Below the pieces are notes generated by a model. The model was not told the DNA's origin, ran no database searches, and saw only the letters and a program-made list of their open reading frames with translations. The position numbers were made by a program, and so were the translations under genes. Shown piece after piece: positions 59,401 to 64,000 of a stretch of DNA of 64,000 nt (position 1 is its first letter; each line of letters opens with the position of its first letter). Origin of the DNA: Candidatus Thorarchaeota archaeon. GTDB lineage: Archaea; Asgardarchaeota; Thorarchaeia; Thorarchaeales; Thorarchaeaceae. Location of the stretch: NCBI GenBank assembly GCA_963726195.1, contig CAVSBO010000016.1:160001-224000 (forward strand), read 5' to 3'.

Positions 59401-61448
59401 TGCTCCGCAGAAGATGTCTCATATCCTTGTACTGTATTGGAGCAATCTTCCTCTTCTTGTTCAGGGTTTCCATGCCGAATCTTGCTTTGACGAGCTCGGT
59501 CGTGGGGAAGTCGCCGAGAATATTCAGCCAGACAATCCTCGGGCTACTATGTGATGCCATTATGGAATCGTTCAGATGATTCAACAGGTGCCAGTTCATA
59601 GAGATCCATGCCGCTGCCCGCCCGAATCCTGCTGGCGATGAAACAGGTATGTAGAGTGCTAGGTGCCTATCGTCTTTGACCCTGAACTGGAACGGGTTCT
59701 CGACTGAAACGCTGTCCAGTGGTGAGACCTTGTTCGGTGAATATGATGGTCGTTTTGAAGGGCAGAGAACGACTGCGATTCTCGGTGGTCTCTCAAGGTC
59801 ATCCTGTCTAGCTTCGGGTGCATACCAGACCCACCCGGATGCTTTCGATTCAGGTGATTGCAGATTGGCTTTGAGATAATCAATCAGCTCCTCGAACGCA
59901 CGAAGGACCCTTGATTGGCTCTGATGCGTATCTATGAGGATTACCCCTTTCTGAAGGAACTCGGGAGGGGCACTGTCCTCTGGAACCAAAGCGTAGTACT
60001 CTCGGAGCAGGCCACGTTCGTATGTGTCAAGCTGATTAAGTGTCGTGTTGGGCAGGATGGAGCCGACCGCCTCGTTCCACTCCTTTTCACTGAGGGTTGT
60101 CTTCCATAAGTAGGGAACAGGCAGCATGTCCCGTTTGCTCTTGCTCTCCTGTGAATAGAAATTGAAACTGATGGATGTTCTCGTCTTGAGCTCCAGAACC
60201 GTCACAGGTGTCCATATGGCCCCCCCAGAGACTCTCCTCCTGACGAAGAATGCGAGGTCTACCTGACCACCACCTTGTGGTGTCACAAGCGGAAGCTCCG
60301 CCACCACTATGATATGACCTGGTTTCTCCAGCATCGTGTCTCCGGAGAAGACTACGGACCTGACCGACGGTGGATGGTGAAGCCCCGAGAATAGGACCCT
60401 GTGCCAGTCGTTTCCCTCTTTCTGAATAAGGGTCGTCATCTTGCCCATGAGTTTCGTAACGTCTCTCATCAACAATTATCGCTTGGTCAATCATCTTGGC
60501 GATACGGGCACACTGCTTCTTGGCTTCTTCATCGTCTGTCGCGCTGATGACTTCAGTCGCCTTGGTTTTGAGCCAGCACGCATTCTGTGGGAGGAGTGCT
60601 TCATCAAGCATTTCGGTCGCACGCTTGCGTTTTCCTATGTTGCTCCCGTAGAGCGTGCGTATCTCGCGGGCGAGCCTGCGTAGCTCCTTGTCCGCATCTG
60701 GCCAGAAGTCTTTGCGCCCCGTTCTTTCTCCCGTATATACCCAATCGAGGAACGGCTTCAGCCTGTGAACGAGAAAGCGGATATACCCGTGGGCATCTGC
60801 AGAAGGAACATTGTAGATGAAGCACTGGCGGCAGAGTTCAATGACGTGCGCACGGATCATGTCGACAAAGTCCATCTCAGGAAGCGTCGGGTGCGAGAGT
60901 AGGTATGTGGGCCGCTTGGCGCTGCCCTTGTATCCCGCACGCCAGTAGACCTTCTTGACGACGTCAAGAGGCGTTCTTTCCGCCTCAAGATGCGGCAATA
61001 TTCTGACATTGTCGTGCCGGTACTCCCGGACCTGAAAGAACACTGGCTCAGGAAACGGATATCTCGTCACGGCCAACTCGCGCAGTACCGCACCAGCGAA
61101 GTTGATCAGCTCGTTCAGGGGGCCTATCGCGCCTTGTCGCCAGCTGTAGACCCGCTTGTGCTCATGGTTGCCGTATGGTTCTGTACTGTACCATACTATG
61201 TCGAGGTACAAGTGCCTCAAGTTAGGCTCAGCGTTCTGGAGCAGGGCGACTCCCTCAGAGGTGCGCGGGCCTACTGTTTTCAGTTGCTGTCCCAGCTGGG
61301 CCCACATGCGCAGTATGGCCTCGCAAAAGAACTTGGTTCGCTCGTTCTTCCTCCTGTTGGCCAGTTTGACAAGTGCAGACAGACCTGCATACAGGGCCTT
61401 CGCTTGGACTACTGACGGGCTGAATCTCGTCCTCTTGGCGTCCATCAA
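56436..61448 (-). CDS. Giant hypothetical gene (~1,670 codons as four overlapping ORFs) with PD-(D/E)xK nuclease-like segment
   Basis: ORFs 60087-61448, 58775-60475, 57331-59025 and 56436-57356 overlap in tandem; E-LP...G.VDL...LELKT motif at ~60180-60300. Confidence 0.6.
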
Positions 61449-61570
61449 AGATGAGTTGAAAAGCAGCTTTATAAAGAAACCGACATTTTTTGGATTTCTC
61501 CGTTTGACAATCGTGGGCCTTATAATATCCCGATTGTCGGAAAACGCATGGATAATCTTGTTGGCTTAAT

Positions 61571-61678
61571 AACTTTAAATAAACTAGTAACACAGCATGA
61601 ATACGAGTTCAAAACCTCCGGTAGAGACAGAAAAGCGAGTGAACTCATCCAAGGCGCACGTCTCAACTTTAAATAAAC
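61571..61678 (+). repeat. 14-bp direct repeat AACTTTAAATAAAC (TATA-containing) at 61571 and 61665
   Basis: Exact duplicate in the divergent intergenic region. Confidence 0.7.
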
Positions 61679-61691
61679 AGGGCGGTCGGCG

Positions 61692-63383
61692 ATGAAAGAA
61701 TTCGGGCCAATCATCACGAGTGTGAAAATCCCCATACACAGGGACGACATGACACCTGTTCAGATGACGCGATTGTCACAGATTACAGGCCGTGACACTC
61801 GCGTAATCAAGGCCTACCTAGGCGTAATCGAACGCAACCAATCGCAACTGCGCACCGGCAGAAGAACTCGGCTCGACAGAGGAACACTCGACGAACTCAC
61901 ACTGACAACACGGCAATGCAAGAACAACAGAACATCAGTTCCTCATGATTTCAAAGCAAGATTTCCCAGAATGTCCACTAATGAGTTTGGACAGTGTCGT
62001 GACACAGCAATAGCGATGTGGACAAGCTATCTCGAACTCGGGGGCGCAAGGCCTCTAACCTCAAAGAACTACAAGCCCCGTAAGATCCCACGGTGCGTAT
62101 TCCCAAATTGCTTCAGTCTTGTCCGCGATTCATCGACAAGTAAGTACACACTCGAACTGCGCGATTCGCTTGACTCGACACGCAAAGGCTCCCGACAACA
62201 CGACAAGCTTTGCATACCTCTCTCTGTTTCGGATTACCATGAGACAAGACTCGGAGAGGGCGAAGTCAAGTCCGTCAGAGTAGTCAAAGACTCTCTCCAC
62301 AAGTGGTGGGCCGTCTTCTCAGTAAACCTCGAACCAGAACCACAGGATTCCCGCGGAAAGCAACCGGCAGTCTTGGCCATAGACTTGGGCATAAAGAAAG
62401 CAGCAACAACAGTGCTCCTTACGCAGAACGGCATCAAAGAAGTACGCTACTGGAAAGGAACCGAAAAGCTCCAACACATGGCCGCATATGATGCTGCAGT
62501 TGGAGCGCTCCAGAGAGCTAAAACACAGCCGTCTGACCATAACAACGTCCCGCCATCGCTAACCGAGAAGCTCTCCAAGTTGCGTCACAAGCGGGCGAAC
62601 ATCAGCAGAGAGTACGACCGGAAGCTGGTCAAAGACATATCCCAATACGCCCTTGAGCTGAACAAGACATACAATCTATACGTTGCCATAGGCCGCCTTT
62701 CTGGAATCAGGAACCGAGCTCGAAAAGGAAACTTCCAAGGGCCTCGCTTTCGAGGCATGATTCACCGATGGTCGTTTGCCAGAGTCAGTGACTCATTTGA
62801 GCATAAACTCGCAACCCTCGGACTTAGTACACGAAGATTCCGCCGCGTTGCTGAGACCTGGACCAGCCGTGTGTGTCACAGGTGCGGGCATGTCGGCTAC
62901 AGACCTAAGCAGAGTCTCTTCATATGCGGCACCTGTGGGCTCCATACCAACGCAGACCTGAATGCTGCCGTCAACATTGGACGACGGCTTATCATGCTCA
63001 TTCCCGCTCTGCGGGATGAGACCAAGGGACTAGGAATGTCGCTTCCTCCTTGGAGGAAAGCTGCGCCAAAAGCCCCAAGGGGCAGAAACCCTAAGGGGAA
63101 GTCCCTGCCCTCCCAGAGGTCGCCCGCCTCGTTCAAAGGAGGGCCCGTGGCTGCCGACCGTGCTCAAATGCATTTGATAATGCCTGAGTGCGGCGAAGAC
63201 CCCGCCATGGAAAAGACTGTGGAAAGACCGTCTGCTCCCGGATCCACCGGCGATTCCGGGACGAATCAGCAGCAGAAGGAAACCACGCACCGGGAGAGGA
63301 ACAAAGTTCCAGAAATCTCGGGCAAAGCTCACGCACAGGCATTGGGACAACTCCCATTGTCAGACTGGCGACAGCCGTCATGA
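61692..63383 (+). CDS. tnpB: TnpB-family RNA-guided nuclease with rearranged (Fanzor/TnpB2-type) RuvC and long C-terminal tail
   Basis: AIDLG (D231), VAIGRL (G334), VAETWTS (E388), CHRC..CGTC, NADLNAA (D422). Confidence 0.85.
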   Translation: MKEFGPIITSVKIPIHRDDMTPVQMTRLSQITGRDTRVIKAYLGVIERNQSQLRTGRRTRLDRGTLDELTLTTRQCKNNRTSVPHDFKARFPRMSTNEFGQCRDTAIAMWTSYLELGGARPLTSKNYKPRKIPRCVFPNCFSLVRDSSTSKYTLELRDSLDSTRKGSRQHDKLCIPLSVSDYHETRLGEGEVKSVRVVKDSLHKWWAVFSVNLEPEPQDSRGKQPAVLAIDLGIKKAATTVLLTQNGIKEVRYWKGTEKLQHMAAYDAAVGALQRAKTQPSDHNNVPPSLTEKLSKLRHKRANISREYDRKLVKDISQYALELNKTYNLYVAIGRLSGIRNRARKGNFQGPRFRGMIHRWSFARVSDSFEHKLATLGLSTRRFRRVAETWTSRVCHRCGHVGYRPKQSLFICGTCGLHTNADLNAAVNIGRRLIMLIPALRDETKGLGMSLPPWRKAAPKAPRGRNPKGKSLPSQRSPASFKGGPVAADRAQMHLIMPECGEDPAMEKTVERPSAPGSTGDSGTNQQQKETTHRERNKVPEISGKAHAQALGQLPLSDWRQPS

Positions 63384-63508
63384 GAAGGGTGGAACACAGA
63401 AGCATCTATGTTGAGTCCACTCACCCAACAAAAGCAGAGTCTTCGACAACTTTAATAGAAAACGTCCGAGGGGTCGTTTCGCGCGAGGACTACGGTGTAT
63501 GTTCGAAC

Positions 63509-63586
63509 GCCCCTGTAGTGTAGTCCGGTCTAGCATAGGCGACTGTCACTCGTCTAACCCGGGTTCAAATCCCGGCGGGGGCGCCA
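63509..63586 (+). tRNA. tRNA-Asp(GTC), intronless
   Basis: GCCCCTG/CGGGGGC+GCCA; GGCGA-CT-GTC-AC-TCGTC; CCGGG-TTCAAAT-CCCGG. Confidence 0.97.
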
Positions 63587-63646
63587 CTTCTTCTGGGCCG
63601 CAAGCGACAAGTGAGCGATGACTACGTCATTTCGGTGTGATATTCT

Positions 63647-64000
63647 GTGACTCAGTTCCTAGATGCTTGTTACCATGCGATAGCAAAACAGGCGACATCA
63701 ATACCAGATACCATTAGGGCTGTGAAAGATGACGACCTTCGGCCTCTATCTGGTAAGCAATTCGTCCTGCTGCTTGGATGTGGCGATTCCTATGCGGTCG
63801 CTGAGTATGGTAAATGGGCACTTCTAATGTCTGGATTCAACGCGGTTTCTATCTCGCCTCCCGAGCTACATAGACTCTATATGAAACCGAATTGTGCAGT
63901 CATAGGAGTGAGCGCCTCGGGCCGCAGTCTCGTGACGATTGAGGCGCTGGAGTTTGCTAGGTCATTGAGTGCTACAACCGTCGCACTGACTGATAATCCA
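63647..64000 (+). CDS. SIS-domain sugar isomerase (GlmS-like), partial
   Basis: GTG start; LLGCGDSY, GVSASGRS, ALTDNP. Confidence 0.85.
   Translation, partial: MTQFLDACYHAIAKQATSIPDTIRAVKDDDLRPLSGKQFVLLLGCGDSYAVAEYGKWALLMSGFNAVSISPPELHRLYMKPNCAVIGVSASGRSLVTIEALEFARSLSATTVALTDNP

Noticed and set aside
61450-63500. CRISPR array or Cas12f system near the second TnpB
   Set aside because: No regularly spaced repeat-spacer array or cas genes are visible in the window

Overview
Archaeal core-genome window, most likely an Asgard archaeon (Thorarchaeia-like). This is an inference from PolD, split RpoA'/A'' with unsplit RpoB, Elf1, a eukaryote-like STT3/AglB, an OSTC/OST3-6-like protein and a small Ras-family GTPase. 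It holds replication/repair genes (topA, XPD, radB, DP2, RPA, lhr), RNA polymerase/ribosomal protein operons, EF-1alpha, aIF5B, glycine cleavage and folate genes, an archaeal (modified) mevalonate operon, egsA and carS. Many essential genes carry single frameshifts, best explained as assembly indel errors. The most interesting material is non-coding or accessory. (1) An RNA cluster at 41.35-42.38 kb contains SRP RNA with an atypical helix 8, an unidentified ~470-nt highly structured RNA, and a tRNA-Ser(GCU) with three BHB-type introns; the unknown RNA carries a perfect 14-nt antisense match to that tRNA's anticodon arm. (2) Further non-canonical tRNA introns occur in tRNA-Pro (39/40) and tRNA-Lys (59/60). 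(3) A tRNA-bounded island at 56-63.5 kb has a TnpB with the Fanzor/TnpB2-type rearranged RuvC site, divergent from a ~1,670-codon PD-(D/E)xK-containing giant gene. (4) A canonical TnpB-only IS605-type element sits upstream of EF-1alpha. All calls were made by eye, with no database searches.
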